Counted from the stretch's first letter, positions 9,270 to 20,210 are shown. The stretch: DNA of 64,000 nt from an uncultured Candidatus Saccharibacteria bacterium (GCA_964579475.1 CAZOFP010000001.1:19421-83420), one strand, 5' to 3'. Translations and numbers: made by a program. Notes: generated by a model from the sequence alone, not told the origin.

Positions 9270-10343
9270 ATGTCAATGAGGGTGAAACTAGATATCGAAA
9301 ACAGAACAATAATCCGTATTGCGGTACTAATTGCAGCGGTTTGGTTGACATTACAAATCTTCATTCAAATTCGGCATGCGCTTCTAATCATCTTGGTGTC
9401 TTTCTTCCTGGCCCTAGCCCTAAATCGGCCGGTTAACTACATAGCGTCACGTTTCACTAAAGGACTCGGGGGCAGAGGCTTGGCTACGGGTATAGCCTAT
9501 TTGGGCGTTTTGCTGGTAGTTGGTTCATTCGTCTATCTGACATTTCCACCAATAATCAACGAAACTACTGACCTAATCAACGCCATCCCAACAACAATAG
9601 AAAATGTTCGCGACAGTAGTAACGGCGGAGTAATAGCTGACTTCATAGATAAATATGATCTCCAAGATGAAGCCGACCAATTAGTCAAGGACGCCACCAA
9701 GGAACTAAGTGGTTTGGTATCACCAGTTGTTACAGGCGCCGGTAAGGTGGCTGGTGCAGTTGTGTCTGTTTTGACAGTACTAGTTCTAACCTTCTTCATG
9801 CTCATTGAGGGACCAACCTGGATGAAACGTTTCTGGTCATTTACGCCAAAAGACAAAGTAGAGCATAACAAGAAACTGGCTACCGAGATGCAAGGAGTAG
9901 TCACCGGTTTTGTTAATGGCCAGCTGATGATAGCACTACTAAGCGGGGTTTCGAGTCTTATCATGATGTTGATAGTTGGCCTGCCAAATCCTATCGCTCT
10001 GGCTGGCGTGGTGACAATGTTCGCTCTAATTCCAATGATTGGGACAATCATGGGGTCGATCATTGTGATTTTAGTAGCGCTTACCCAATCATTCGCAGCA
10101 GCCCTGATAATGTTAATCTTCTTCGTAGTTTATCAACAGATTGAAAACAACACCGCTCAGCCATTTATCCAGTCTAAAACACTTAATTTATCTCCGTTCT
10201 TGGTGCTGGCGGCAGTGGTTGTCGGTTTTTCACTCGGTGGAATACTAGGCGGTTTTCTAGCGATCCCAATAGTTGCAGCCGGCAGGATACTGCTAGAGGA
10301 TTATTTAAGGCAGCGAAAACTTATCGAGGACAAAAAGGTTTAA
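9270..10343 (+). CDS. AI-2E family transporter (PerM/YdiK-like, UPF0118)
   Basis: 8-TM topology and conserved blocks of the AI-2E family; the length fits. Confidence 0.75.
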   Translation: MSMRVKLDIENRTIIRIAVLIAAVWLTLQIFIQIRHALLIILVSFFLALALNRPVNYIASRFTKGLGGRGLATGIAYLGVLLVVGSFVYLTFPPIINETTDLINAIPTTIENVRDSSNGGVIADFIDKYDLQDEADQLVKDATKELSGLVSPVVTGAGKVAGAVVSVLTVLVLTFFMLIEGPTWMKRFWSFTPKDKVEHNKKLATEMQGVVTGFVNGQLMIALLSGVSSLIMMLIVGLPNPIALAGVVTMFALIPMIGTIMGSIIVILVALTQSFAAALIMLIFFVVYQQIENNTAQPFIQSKTLNLSPFLVLAAVVVGFSLGGILGGFLAIPIVAAGRILLEDYLRQRKLIEDKKV

Positions 10344-11743
10344 GCTCGACTCCAAGTGGTATGTGATTGGCTATCATTTATTCTTACACCTTGCTCTAGT
10401 AGCTCGTCGCGCAGTTCGTCAGATTTAGCAAAATCTTTTTTGGCTCTTGCCTGTTCTCGTTGTTTGATAATTTCTTTAGCTTTCGCTGGTATGTCTGGAA
10501 GCAAAAGGTTAATTCCCAGCCTGTTATCGATGAATTTTAGAAACTCATCAAAGACCTTGCTGTCCTCATGGTTTAGTCCTTGTTTTTCGAGGCTGTTAAA
10601 GCTTTCTTCTAAGGATTTAAGAGCTGTAGGTGTATTCAAGTCGTCGTTTAGTGCCTCATCGACCCCCGCCATAGATTTTTCCAGGGTTGTCTTCAGCGAC
10701 TGCCCATCGTTAGTAGTTTGCCGGCGCAGATCAGCCATTGCCTGCCAACGTTTCAGACGAGATTGTGCAGCGTTCATTAATTTCCAAGTAAAATTACTCT
10801 CTGTCCGGTAGTGACTCGTAAGAATAAGCAGTCTAAAAGCCCGCAAATCATATTTTTTTTCTAATAAGTCGTCTATGGTGTAGATATTCCCTAGGGACTT
10901 ACTCATCTTTGTGCCGTCTATCATCATGTGTTTGTTGTGTAACCAGTAATTGACAAAAGTTTTACCTGTGATCGTTTCTGTCTGAGCGATTTCGTTTGTA
11001 TGGTGAATTGGTATATGGTCAACGCCGCCAGTGTGAATATCGATCTGATCACCCAACAGTTCGTTAGCCATGACTGAACATTCAAGATGCCAGCCAGGAA
11101 AACCCTTTCCCCAGGGGCTGTCCCATTCCATGTCTCGTTTTACACCTTTCGGCGTGAATTTCCATAGTGCAAAATCTGTGATGTTGCGTTTGCCGACATT
11201 TTTTACTCTGGCACCACTTTTGAGGCCCTCAATATCCAATCTGGCTAGTTTTCCGTAGTCTTTGAGCGTTGATGTGTCGAAATATATACCGTCGTCTTTG
11301 ATTTCATAAGTTACACCTTTGGCTTCTAGCTTTTTGACTAGCTCTATCTGCTGGGCCATATATTCAGTGGCTTTAGGGCTATGTGTTGGTTTTATTATTC
11401 CAAGTTTTTCGCGGGCTTGCTCGGTGCGCGCGGTATAAAATTCAGCTACTTCCCAGGCGGTTTTTCGCTCCTTTTCAGCGGTTTTTTGCAATTTGTCTTC
11501 ACCACTATCTTCATCATCAGTCAGGTGGCCGACGTCGGTTATGTTTTGTACGTGGTTTACGCTGTAGCCATTTGCGCGGAGCGTTCTACGGAGTATGTCC
11601 CAAGTAATGTAGGCTCGCCAATTACCGATGTGAGGGTCGCCGTAGACAGTATGGCCACAGGTATAAAGTGTGACCTCATCAGCACTAAGAGGTTTAAACT
11701 CCTCCTCACTGCGCGACATAGTGTTGTAGAGTTTGAGACTCAT
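10340..11743 (-). CDS. cysS: Cysteine--tRNA ligase
   Basis: Class I aaRS HIGN (GDPHIGN) and KMSKS motifs; CysRS-specific blocks. Confidence 0.95.
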   Translation of the reverse strand: MSLKLYNTMSRSEEEFKPLSADEVTLYTCGHTVYGDPHIGNWRAYITWDILRRTLRANGYSVNHVQNITDVGHLTDDEDSGEDKLQKTAEKERKTAWEVAEFYTARTEQAREKLGIIKPTHSPKATEYMAQQIELVKKLEAKGVTYEIKDDGIYFDTSTLKDYGKLARLDIEGLKSGARVKNVGKRNITDFALWKFTPKGVKRDMEWDSPWGKGFPGWHLECSVMANELLGDQIDIHTGGVDHIPIHHTNEIAQTETITGKTFVNYWLHNKHMMIDGTKMSKSLGNIYTIDDLLEKKYDLRAFRLLILTSHYRTESNFTWKLMNAAQSRLKRWQAMADLRRQTTNDGQSLKTTLEKSMAGVDEALNDDLNTPTALKSLEESFNSLEKQGLNHEDSKVFDEFLKFIDNRLGINLLLPDIPAKAKEIIKQREQARAKKDFAKSDELRDELLEQGVRINDSQSHTTWSRA

Positions 11744-12741
11744 TCTTCTAACTCGGACATTTCTTTTACTGTAGCTAGGAATTCTTTTTTAAGCTGTGCG
11801 TATTCTTTGTCTCGAACCTTGAATCCTGCTGCATAGGGATGTCCACCACCCCCAAAATGTTCAGCTATTTTGTTTGCGTGGATATCACCACTGTTGGCTC
11901 GTAGTTTGCAGGTGATTTTACCGTCGGGGTACATTTTGAATGCAGCGGCTATTTGTACACCCTCGACCATCCGCATTTCGTCGAGAATTAGCATCGAAGG
12001 ATTGTATGCGTCACTGTATTTTTGAATGTCTTCCCAAGGAATAACCACGATACCGATGGCACCATCCATATGAAACTCCACACGCTCAAAAAGCTGACCT
12101 TTGTAGCGGAAGATGTCCTCAGACTTTTTACTGTACATACGCCGACGCTCGTCTAGTTCATTGAGCTTGACGCCACCATCAACTAAATCTGCAATTGCTC
12201 GTATACTGCTCGCGGTAGTGGCCTCGCTCATGAGTCCTAGAGAATCAGCTAAAATAGAGTATGCTAGCGATTCTTTAGCTTCCTGGTTTAGTGGCCACTT
12301 GTTTGTTTGGGATAGTTCGTAAATAAGCTCGCCCGTCGCAACGAAGTTCGGCATATTTATCTCCACTGCGTCTATCGGTAAATCGTTGGCTACATCATGG
12401 TGATCCAGGACGACCACAGGCTTCTTGCCGAGGCTGGTAATGTTAGCAGGTGTTAGAACTCTTTCAAGCAACGACGCCGAACTAGTATCTACGATGAAAG
12501 CTAGGTCATACTTAGCTGGGAAGTCTTCACTCACACGGCTCCAACCCTCCATGAATCGCAGGTAGCGAGGTATTTGAACGGGGCAATACATAATAGTTTC
12601 TTTGCCTAGCTCACTAAATATTTGTTCCAACGCTAATGAGCTGCCTAAGCTGTCGCCATCTGGGTTTTCAGCTTGGATTATTAGTATCGTTGATGAATCT
12701 TCAACCAGAGATTGAACTTCATGGGCTTGCGCAATTTTCAT
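11740..12741 (-). CDS. nrnA: DHH-DHHA1 phosphoesterase, NrnA-like (oligoribonuclease / pAp phosphatase)
   Basis: DHH motif (LDHHD) and DHHA1 GGGH motif (GGGGHPYAAG). Confidence 0.8.
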   Translation of the reverse strand: MKIAQAHEVQSLVEDSSTILIIQAENPDGDSLGSSLALEQIFSELGKETIMYCPVQIPRYLRFMEGWSRVSEDFPAKYDLAFIVDTSSASLLERVLTPANITSLGKKPVVVLDHHDVANDLPIDAVEINMPNFVATGELIYELSQTNKWPLNQEAKESLAYSILADSLGLMSEATTASSIRAIADLVDGGVKLNELDERRRMYSKKSEDIFRYKGQLFERVEFHMDGAIGIVVIPWEDIQKYSDAYNPSMLILDEMRMVEGVQIAAAFKMYPDGKITCKLRANSGDIHANKIAEHFGGGGHPYAAGFKVRDKEYAQLKKEFLATVKEMSELEE

Positions 12742-13343
12742 AAAGTTTGTCTCCCCTCGAGTGCGCGACCGATTGTTATTTGGTCGGCGTATTCAAGGTC
12801 GACTCCAACTGGCAAACCCCTTGCTAGTCGAGTGATTATCAGTCCCTTGGCTTCAATCTGTTTCTGGACGAAGAGTGCGGTTGACTCACCCTCAACACTA
12901 GCGTTAGTTGCCAGTATTACTTCTTCTACGTTGTCTTCTTGAATCCGTTCAAGAAGCTCTGGTACTCGAATTTGTTCCGGTCCGACGCCATCAATTGGTG
13001 ACAGGGTTCCGCCTAGCACATGATAAGTTCCTTTGAACTGGCCAGTTTTTTCGATGGCTACCACGTCTAAGGGTTCTTCGACTACAGCTATGACTTGTTT
13101 GTTCCTGGTGGGATCTGAATACAAAGTTGAGACTTCCTGGTTCTTCTCAATCAACGCAAAGGTTTTCGGACAATACTGCACATTAGAATGGAGCTCCTTG
13201 AGTGCTCCGGCGATTGAGTAACTCACCTCAGGGTTGCGCTTAAGAAGACTGTAGGCATATCTCTCAGCAGTACGTGAACCGACACCTGGAAGTTTACCCA
13301 GTTCATCAATCAACTCTTGCAACGCTTTAGGTAGTACGGCCAT
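12738..13343 (-). CDS. recR: Recombination protein RecR
   Basis: N-terminal HhH (LPGVGSRTAERYA) and a Toprim domain. The classic ybaB-recR pairing is present. Confidence 0.95.
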   Translation of the reverse strand: MAVLPKALQELIDELGKLPGVGSRTAERYAYSLLKRNPEVSYSIAGALKELHSNVQYCPKTFALIEKNQEVSTLYSDPTRNKQVIAVVEEPLDVVAIEKTGQFKGTYHVLGGTLSPIDGVGPEQIRVPELLERIQEDNVEEVILATNASVEGESTALFVQKQIEAKGLIITRLARGLPVGVDLEYADQITIGRALEGRQTL

Positions 13344-13349
13344 GGAAAA

Positions 13350-13637
13350 TTATAGTCCTAGGTTGCCTAGCTGCCCCATCATTGGCTTCATTTTCTCAGC
13401 AGCGACTTTCTGACTTTTATCGATAGCTTCTTTAATAGCAGACTCAACCCAGCCTTCTAGCTCCTCGATGTCATCAAGGTCAACTCTCTGAGGGTCGATT
13501 TCAATTTTCTTAATCTTTTGTTCACCGTTGATTCTGACTACAACTGCGCCATCACCAGCGTCAACTTCAATAACTTGCTTAGCCAGCTCTTTTTGTAGCT
13601 TGCGCATTTTCATAACCATCTTCGTTTGATTCAACAT
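13350..13637 (-). CDS. ybaB: YbaB/EbfC nucleoid-associated protein
   Basis: 95-aa protein with typical YbaB sequence, directly upstream of recR. Confidence 0.85.
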   Translation of the reverse strand: MLNQTKMVMKMRKLQKELAKQVIEVDAGDGAVVVRINGEQKIKKIEIDPQRVDLDDIEELEGWVESAIKEAIDKSQKVAAEKMKPMMGQLGNLGL

Positions 13638-13690
13638 AAGTAACTCCTAATTTTTACACGTTTAATCTTAACAGTTTACCAACACCAGTT

Positions 13691-15172
13691 CTACAGGGCT
13701 ACACCATAGATCCACAAAGTAGTGGATCTCGAAGCAGTTGAACTTGGGACTATACGAGATGGTTTGCCGAGCTGTTTCTTCTCGCCAACAGAAAGGTCTT
13801 GGTAAGCGCGGTCAGTGATTATAAGGCGGCGTTCCTCTGGACTGCCGGAGACATCTTCTAATTTGTCTAAGAATGTAACTTCTGCGAAATATTTATTCAG
13901 AGGTTGCATCACTACCGTCTCTTCAGCTGAATTGAGCACTGTACTGTATGCGGAGTTTTGCTTGAGTTCCGTAAGTAACTTCGTATAAGCCTCAGAGTGC
14001 TGAGACGCAACCTCAGGCGTATTTGGCCAGGCGACGAAGTATCTCTCAGCGTGGTAGCCACCTACGAAAAGTAGTAGTATCGTGATTGGAATGATGGCAA
14101 TAATCCTGGCTAGAGGATTTTTAGGAAAGATTTCGTTCCACTGCGTAAAAAGTATTACCAAACCCCCAGCAAGTACGAAGTATACAAAAGGCAGCATTAA
14201 TGCGTAGTCAAACTGGTTGCCATTAATGGCAAGTAGCAAGATTGTAAAAGTAAGCCCACCAAGCACAATTCTTGATAGGTTTCTGCTAAGCTCGTGGTCG
14301 TAGTGGTATAGCCCAAGTGCCACCATACTGACAGAAAATATTTCCAACATCGGTAAAGTACCTAGGTGTAGGATTGGCAGAGTTTCCGAGCGCCAGATTA
14401 CATGCCCAACAACTCCCGAAAGATTCTGGAAATATTCTGCGGGGGCAGGAAAGTTTTCGGGGAATACAAGTAATTCTTTGGCTACGTCTATATCTTTAAA
14501 TATGCTATAGATTAAAGGGATTACAAGTAAAGCGAACAGACCGCAACCAAGCAATGCGTGCTTTGAATTAATCACTTTGAAGTTATTCTTAAGGCTAGGA
14601 AGAGACAGCAGTAAGCCAAACACTAGGAGGTAGATGAAGTATGGCGTGTACAAACTAAGTGCTGAAGCAGCGACTAGTAGTAACAGCCATGAGAGTTTGT
14701 ACTTTTCATTTAATTTTGTACTGATATATACAAGCAGTAATACCAACAGAACCATGAGTACCGACGGCGTGCCAAGCCTAGCTACATTGAGGAACCAGCT
14801 TGAAGTGACCAGTAGTAGTGATGCGACGATGGCTGCTCTTTTACTAAAACGATTTTCAATAATCCAGAAGAAGAGAAAGACAGCGAGGATTGCGATAATC
14901 ACCCCGGGCAGTCGTAAACCAAAAGCTGTCGGGCCTAGTAGCTTGATGCTTAGGTACTGGAGCCCATGGTAGAGAAAGTTAACCGGGTTCTCTGCTACCA
15001 AACCTAGACTCATACTTTTCGAAGCTACGGCACCTTCAAAAGAATTTATTCCAGGTAGAAGTGTGCCCAATCTGTAGAAAAGTGAAAACAACCCGACAGT
15101 CACAAGAAGCAGGTAGCCGAAAACAAATCTGAACCTATAGAGAAACGTCTCACTAAGCATAAGTTTATTCAT
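13691..15172 (-). CDS. Polytopic membrane glycosyltransferase, GT39/ArnT/PMT-like
   Basis: About 12 TM helices with an N-terminal loop typical of GT-C mannosyl/arabinosyl transferases. Confidence 0.55.
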   Translation of the reverse strand: MNKLMLSETFLYRFRFVFGYLLLVTVGLFSLFYRLGTLLPGINSFEGAVASKSMSLGLVAENPVNFLYHGLQYLSIKLLGPTAFGLRLPGVIIAILAVFLFFWIIENRFSKRAAIVASLLLVTSSWFLNVARLGTPSVLMVLLVLLLVYISTKLNEKYKLSWLLLLVAASALSLYTPYFIYLLVFGLLLSLPSLKNNFKVINSKHALLGCGLFALLVIPLIYSIFKDIDVAKELLVFPENFPAPAEYFQNLSGVVGHVIWRSETLPILHLGTLPMLEIFSVSMVALGLYHYDHELSRNLSRIVLGGLTFTILLLAINGNQFDYALMLPFVYFVLAGGLVILFTQWNEIFPKNPLARIIAIIPITILLLFVGGYHAERYFVAWPNTPEVASQHSEAYTKLLTELKQNSAYSTVLNSAEETVVMQPLNKYFAEVTFLDKLEDVSGSPEERRLIITDRAYQDLSVGEKKQLGKPSRIVPSSTASRSTTLWIYGVAL

Positions 15173-15211
15173 ATTCCTAACTCGTATTATAGCCTATTGC
15201 CGGTCAAGGGA

Positions 15212-16546
15212 CTACAGTTGTTTCTCTAGTGACAAGAACTGTAGTCGTTCAGGACTAAAGTAGAGTTCGACTTTCCCTGTTGGACCATTTCGATGCTTCT
15301 TGATGAATATATCGGTAATGTGTTCTCTGTCGGTTTCTGGGTTGTAGTAATCTTCTCGGTACATGAACGCCACAACGTCGGCATCTTGTTCGATAGATCC
15401 TGATTCACGTAGGTCGGAAAGTTGAGGCACTTGAGGGTGGCGGTTCTCTACAGACCTTGAAAGCTGAGACAGGGCGAGTACTGGCACGTTGAGTTCCCTG
15501 GCTATGGCTTTTAGCCCTCTGGAAATTTCGGAGATTTCCTGGACTCGGTTTTCCGTGTTAGCCCTAGATGTTCCGCTCATCAGTTGTAGGTAGTCGACAA
15601 CGACCAGACCAAGTGGTCGCTTTTGTTGTTCTCGACGAGCTTTAGTTCGCATCTCCAACACCGTAGCCATCGGTGAATCGTCAATGAATATCGATGCCTC
15701 TGATAGTGTCCCCATGGCTTGACCAAGCTTTTCAAAGTCTTGGTCGCTAAGATTTCCGGTTCTAATATTCCAGGCATCTATGCCAGCTTCGGCTGCTAGC
15801 AGCCTGTCTACTAACTGCTCTTTACTCATTTCCAGACTAAAGACCAAAACAGAAGATTTTTCTTTAGTTGCAACGTGGTGAGCAATATTCATCGCTAGGG
15901 TCGATTTGCCCATCGATGGTCGTGCGGCGAGTATCACCAGGTCAGACGGTTGGAGACCAGCCAAGATGTTGTCCAAATCTCGAAAACCGGTAGGAACACC
16001 GCGCATTTTTGATTTGTTTTTATGTAATTCGTCGAGTCTGTCGAAGCTCTCTGTAAGGATAGATTCAATGGACGCTAGCTCCTGTTTTAGATTGTCCTGC
16101 GAAACAGCAAAAACCGCTGCTTCAGCACGAGACAAAAGCTCGTTGGCGTCACCGTTTTCGTCGAAGCCCAGGGTTGTTATGTCGCTAGCTGCAGTTATAA
16201 GCTTTCTTCTTGTCGACTTTTGCGAAACAATCTCGCCGTATTGTTCGATGTGCGCAGAAGTTGGCACGGAGTTGGTCAACTCAGTTAGATAACTAGAACC
16301 ACCAGCATCACGAAGATGCTTCTTTTCCTCGAGGTCATTGGAAAGAGTTAGCAAATCTATCGGTTTATGGGCGTTGTACAGGCCTATCATCGAATCGTAG
16401 ATAATCTTGTGCCTACCATCGTAGAAGTCATCGGCATGAATCTTGTCAGCTATTCGTCCCAGGGCTTCGGTGTCTATAAGTATTGAGCCGAGCAAACTAG
16501 CTTCGGCATCAATGTTCTGCGGTGGAATTCTTGCTTCATCAGCCAT
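15212..16546 (-). CDS. dnaB: Replicative DNA helicase DnaB
   Basis: Walker A (GARPSMGKST), RecA-like C-domain, DnaB N-domain. Confidence 0.95.
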   Translation of the reverse strand: MADEARIPPQNIDAEASLLGSILIDTEALGRIADKIHADDFYDGRHKIIYDSMIGLYNAHKPIDLLTLSNDLEEKKHLRDAGGSSYLTELTNSVPTSAHIEQYGEIVSQKSTRRKLITAASDITTLGFDENGDANELLSRAEAAVFAVSQDNLKQELASIESILTESFDRLDELHKNKSKMRGVPTGFRDLDNILAGLQPSDLVILAARPSMGKSTLAMNIAHHVATKEKSSVLVFSLEMSKEQLVDRLLAAEAGIDAWNIRTGNLSDQDFEKLGQAMGTLSEASIFIDDSPMATVLEMRTKARREQQKRPLGLVVVDYLQLMSGTSRANTENRVQEISEISRGLKAIARELNVPVLALSQLSRSVENRHPQVPQLSDLRESGSIEQDADVVAFMYREDYYNPETDREHITDIFIKKHRNGPTGKVELYFSPERLQFLSLEKQL

Positions 16547-18009
16547 TAGATGCTCACAACCTCGCCACCACCCATAATATCAATGATACTGTTAATCTCG
16601 TCTCCATTTGATTCAGTCTCAACAGTTGGTTTTTCATTGGAAGTTACTGGCGCAATCTCAAGATTTCTGTCTATGACCATTTTCAAACTTACTGGCTTGC
16701 CCATTTCTTCACTCAAAATATCTTCGACAATTTTTTTGTTCTTGGCCGTCGAGACTTGCTTTTGATGAAACGGAAACTGAAATGTCAAAATCACGACGTC
16801 GTCGCTACCGTTTAGTCCGGCATGCGCCATCCTCAGAACAGCGTAGAGCGAATTGTTGTTACTCTGTATCTTTGTTAGTGCTCTCTCCCAAGCTTCATGA
16901 TTAAACTCTCTGGTTTCGACTATTTCTTCTGAAGAAATGTTAACAGCCTCGACTACTTCGGTTTGTCTAATCTTTTCAGGCTTATTTACATGTGATTTGC
17001 TCTGGGGCTCAGACTTTAAGAGAGCAGGTGCTAAAGTTTTGGTGGAAGACGAGTTCAGGCAAGCTTCCAGCAGCACTATCGTCAATTTTATTTCGGAGTC
17101 AGTAGCACCTTGTACTACAAGTAAGCCGTCGGTCATTTTCAGAAGTTCAACGGTGTAAGCTTCACCGCGCGACCACTGGGACTGCAATGACGATATCAGC
17201 TGCTTAGCCAACATAGGAGCACTTACTCCGTCTGCGAATGAACTGTCGATTAGTTCAAGTAAGCTTTTTGAATCACCAGAATTAGTTGCAGATAGCAAAT
17301 CGGTAACCAGTTCTTCTGGTGCTAGGCCAAGTGCGCTCACTACGTCGTCAACTTCGATAATTTTGTTCTCGCTAGTTGCGAGCTGGTCTAGAAGACTTAG
17401 CCCGTCGCGATAACTTCCACTAGCATGCAGAGCAAGCAGTTCGACCGCCTCACTGCTGACCTCAATCTTCTCTTTCTTAGCAATAAGAGCTAGGTGTTTA
17501 GCCAGGTCGTTTACGGAAACTGGTTTGAATGTGTGGCGTTGAGTACGCGAGAGTATGGTGTCGGGCAATTTGTGAGCTTCAGTCGTAGCCAGTATGAAAA
17601 CAGCGTGCTCTGGAGGCTCCTCGAGTGTTTTGAGTAGTGCGTTGAAAGCCTCTTTGGTAAGCATGTGAACTTCGTCGATGATGTAGACCTTGTACTTCGA
17701 ACTCGTAGGTGCGATACCGATCTTGTCTCGAAGGTCGCGAATTTCGTCAATACGACGGTTACTTGCCGCATCGATTTCGATTATGTCCAGGTGCGTCGAG
17801 TCGTCTTCGTAGGGAATTTCGTTGATTTCGTGGGCGAATATTCTAGCAACGCTAGTCTTGCCAACGCCCCTGGGTCCACTGAACAGATAAGCGTGGCTAA
17901 TTGCACCTTGTTTAAGCGCGTTTTCAAGAGTTTGGGTTATATGCGGTTGCCCCATAACCTCAGAAAGGTTGTGCGGTCGGTACTTCCTGTAAAAGGCGCG
18001 TTTAGCCAT
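16546..18009 (-). CDS. dnaX: DNA polymerase III subunit gamma/tau
   Basis: AAA+ clamp-loader motifs (GPRGVGKTS, DEVHML, SRTQ). Confidence 0.9.
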   Translation of the reverse strand: MAKRAFYRKYRPHNLSEVMGQPHITQTLENALKQGAISHAYLFSGPRGVGKTSVARIFAHEINEIPYEDDSTHLDIIEIDAASNRRIDEIRDLRDKIGIAPTSSKYKVYIIDEVHMLTKEAFNALLKTLEEPPEHAVFILATTEAHKLPDTILSRTQRHTFKPVSVNDLAKHLALIAKKEKIEVSSEAVELLALHASGSYRDGLSLLDQLATSENKIIEVDDVVSALGLAPEELVTDLLSATNSGDSKSLLELIDSSFADGVSAPMLAKQLISSLQSQWSRGEAYTVELLKMTDGLLVVQGATDSEIKLTIVLLEACLNSSSTKTLAPALLKSEPQSKSHVNKPEKIRQTEVVEAVNISSEEIVETREFNHEAWERALTKIQSNNNSLYAVLRMAHAGLNGSDDVVILTFQFPFHQKQVSTAKNKKIVEDILSEEMGKPVSLKMVIDRNLEIAPVTSNEKPTVETESNGDEINSIIDIMGGGEVVSI

Positions 18010-18195
18010 GTTGTTTTCTCCCTTCCACTACTTATGCGTGGGTACTAGTATAGCTCAATTGAGAGAGTATACTGATGTGCTTTTCACCTCAACAAAGCGC
18101 TTATTGTGGACATGTGGTTAAGCCAACTCATTGTGAATATAAAAAATAAACAAAATTATTTGCGATACGATAAAGTAATATTAGCTTGGGATGCT

Positions 18196-18705
18196 CTACA
18201 GAGAAGCTTCTATCGCAGCCCACTCGACGTCATCGTCACCAAGTGGAATAATAATACTAATTTGGTCGCCAGCTTTCGCCTTGAAATAAGTGACACTGGC
18301 TAGTAGTACGCGGTATTCTTTTGCGTTGGCTTCCACGAAGTATTGACCGTCTTTTTGTACAAGCGTTCCAATGAGCTGGTTTCTCTCTACTGGGCCAATC
18401 TGTTTGTAAATAAAGCCACCATCTTCAGCTATAGTAAGTTTTAAAATGTCGCCCTGAACTAGCTTTGATTTCGAGGCATAGTTGGCAGGCACAGGGTAAG
18501 TTTTTCCGTCAGGGCCGAGCATGTTTTGTCCGTCGAAAACGCCTTCAATAATTTTGCCCGTAGATTCTTCGCGAACTGTTCGAACGACTTGTTCATCCTC
18601 GCCGACTAAACTGACGAGCAGTTCATTTGCTGCAGCCAAAGAAGTCTCAGCCTCTTGGATAAGTGCTTTCAATCTCTTAACTTGTTTCTCTGGTAAATCT
18701 GACAT
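18196..18705 (-). CDS. Hypothetical protein (coiled N-terminus, beta-rich C-terminus)
   Basis: ORF with plausible codon usage; no recognisable motif. Confidence 0.5.
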   Translation of the reverse strand: MSDLPEKQVKRLKALIQEAETSLAAANELLVSLVGEDEQVVRTVREESTGKIIEGVFDGQNMLGPDGKTYPVPANYASKSKLVQGDILKLTIAEDGGFIYKQIGPVERNQLIGTLVQKDGQYFVEANAKEYRVLLASVTYFKAKAGDQISIIIPLGDDDVEWAAIEASL

Positions 18706-18821
18706 AATTTTGTCTCTGTGTTTAGATGAACAACGTTTTGAATATATTTGTTGTTCACTACTCGCTATTATCCCAGAAAGAGTAACATTTTGGAACTATT
18801 GAGTCAAAAAGTTATCCCCAC

Positions 18822-18852
18822 CCGAAAACAAAACCGCCCATAGGTAGGGCGG
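18822..18852 (-). terminator. Intrinsic terminator after rplL (CCGCCC-uaccuau-GGGCGG followed by a U-run on the minus strand)
   Basis: 6-bp GC stem plus T-rich tract immediately downstream of the rplL stop. Confidence 0.7.
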
Positions 18853-18886
18853 TCTGTATTTGTGTAAATCAACAACTTGTTACTGT

Positions 18887-19333
18887 TTAAGCCAATTCGA
18901 CGGTTGCGCCAGCTTCTTCTAGTTTCTTCTTGGCCTCTTCAGCTTCATCTTTGCTAGCACCTTCGAGTACTGGCTTTGGTGCGCCGTCGACGACTGCTTT
19001 GGCTTCACCAAGACCCAGTCCGGTGATTTCTTTCACAGCTTTGATTGCTGCAATCTTTTGAGCGCCTGCGTCTTTGAGTATTACATCAAATTCGCTCTTC
19101 TCTTCTGCAGCCTCTGCGCCTTCGCCGCCAGCTGCTGGTGCAGCCATAGCTACAGCCGGTGCGGCTGCACTTACGCCAAAGTGATCTTCTAGGATGCCTA
19201 CTAGTTCACTAAGCTCTAATACACTAAGCTCTTCGATTTCTTTGACAAGTTTTTCAAACTTTTTTGGAATATCTTTCTTCTCTTCTTTCTCGTCTGCAGC
19301 TGGTGCTGCATCTTTAGCTTTATCTTCAGCCAT
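18887..19333 (-). CDS. rplL: 50S ribosomal protein L7/L12, with ~22-aa charged N-terminal extension
   Basis: FGVSAAAP hinge and C-terminal domain ([22 protein letters not shown]). Confidence 0.9.
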   Translation of the reverse strand: MAEDKAKDAAPAADEKEEKKDIPKKFEKLVKEIEELSVLELSELVGILEDHFGVSAAAPAVAMAAPAAGGEGAEAAEEKSEFDVILKDAGAQKIAAIKAVKEITGLGLGEAKAVVDGAPKPVLEGASKDEAEEAKKKLEEAGATVELA

Positions 19334-19432
19334 AGTTGTCTCCTTTTAGTCGTATTTATCGTTTTTCATTGCTCAGTTTATATTTAGAGCAAAACAAACG
19401 ACAAATGTTAAATGTTAAATGAAGAATAGCTC

Positions 19433-19963
19433 TCAAGCTAGTTCTTCTTTCCTTGCGTTCAGCACGTTTACTAGACCACGCATATTTCCCGAAAGTACAT
19501 TTACAAATCCACTTAGTGGGGCTGCAATAGTACCAACCAGTTGTCCGCGCAGTTGGTCTTTGGACGGTAGCGAAGCTAGTTGCTTCACTTGTGCTTCATC
19601 CATTACCTCACCGTTGCTATTGAACGCTCCTTTGAGGTCGATAGCTGGGTGGGTTTTGGCAAAGTTCGCTAGTGTCTGAGCTGGTGCGACTTCATCTTCG
19701 TTGTTGAAGGCGTACATTAGTTGCCCCTCAAGATTAGATGTATCTACATCTTTGAGAGTGTCAACTTTACTCATAGCAACTTTTACCAGGCGATTCTTAA
19801 CGATTACCAGTGTCGTGCCATTTTCTTTGGCAAGAATTCGAAGCTCCTGAGCTTCTTTTACAGTCATACCCGTGTACTGAGCCATGACTGTAATCTTGCT
19901 GTTAGAAAGCTTTTCAACTAGATCGCTAACAATCGATTCTTTCTTCTCCTGACTTAGCGCCAT
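19433..19963 (-). CDS. rplJ: 50S ribosomal protein L10
   Basis: Typical L10 sequence; adjacent to rplL. Confidence 0.9.
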   Translation of the reverse strand: MALSQEKKESIVSDLVEKLSNSKITVMAQYTGMTVKEAQELRILAKENGTTLVIVKNRLVKVAMSKVDTLKDVDTSNLEGQLMYAFNNEDEVAPAQTLANFAKTHPAIDLKGAFNSNGEVMDEAQVKQLASLPSKDQLRGQLVGTIAAPLSGFVNVLSGNMRGLVNVLNARKEELA

Positions 19964-20181
19964 ATGAATCTCCTTGTTGTTGATATGTTAATTTACACCC
20001 CGGGAATTAAAAAACTCTCCGGCTGTCATGCATCGAAAGAGTTTAAACAATTGAATTGTTTACTCGCCTCGGTGACTTCTTATCTCCAGCGTGCGCCAGA
20101 CGTCACTGTCTTCGGTGATGATCGAGAAAAGTTTAACGTATTCGCCTACTACTGTCAAGCAGGTGAATTATATATTTTTAT

Positions 20182-20210
20182 TTGACATCAAACCTACAGG
20201 ATAGTATCTT
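20182..20210 (+). promoter_or_regulatory. Candidate sigma70-type promoter (TTGACA - 17 nt - TATCTT) pointing into the GC-rich islet
   Basis: Consensus -35 with 17-nt spacer. The -10 is TATCTT, weaker than TATAAT; no test done. Confidence 0.35.

Noticed and set aside
10356-12322. Antisense ORFs within cysS and nrnA (151 aa, 62 aa, 151 aa, 74 aa, 69 aa)
   Set aside because: They are embedded antisense to strongly supported conserved genes and have S/R/C-rich low-complexity translations.
18010-18195. SRP RNA (ffs) upstream of dnaX, as in many bacteria
   Set aside because: No SRP domain IV consensus on either strand; the region looks like a plain promoter/5' UTR.
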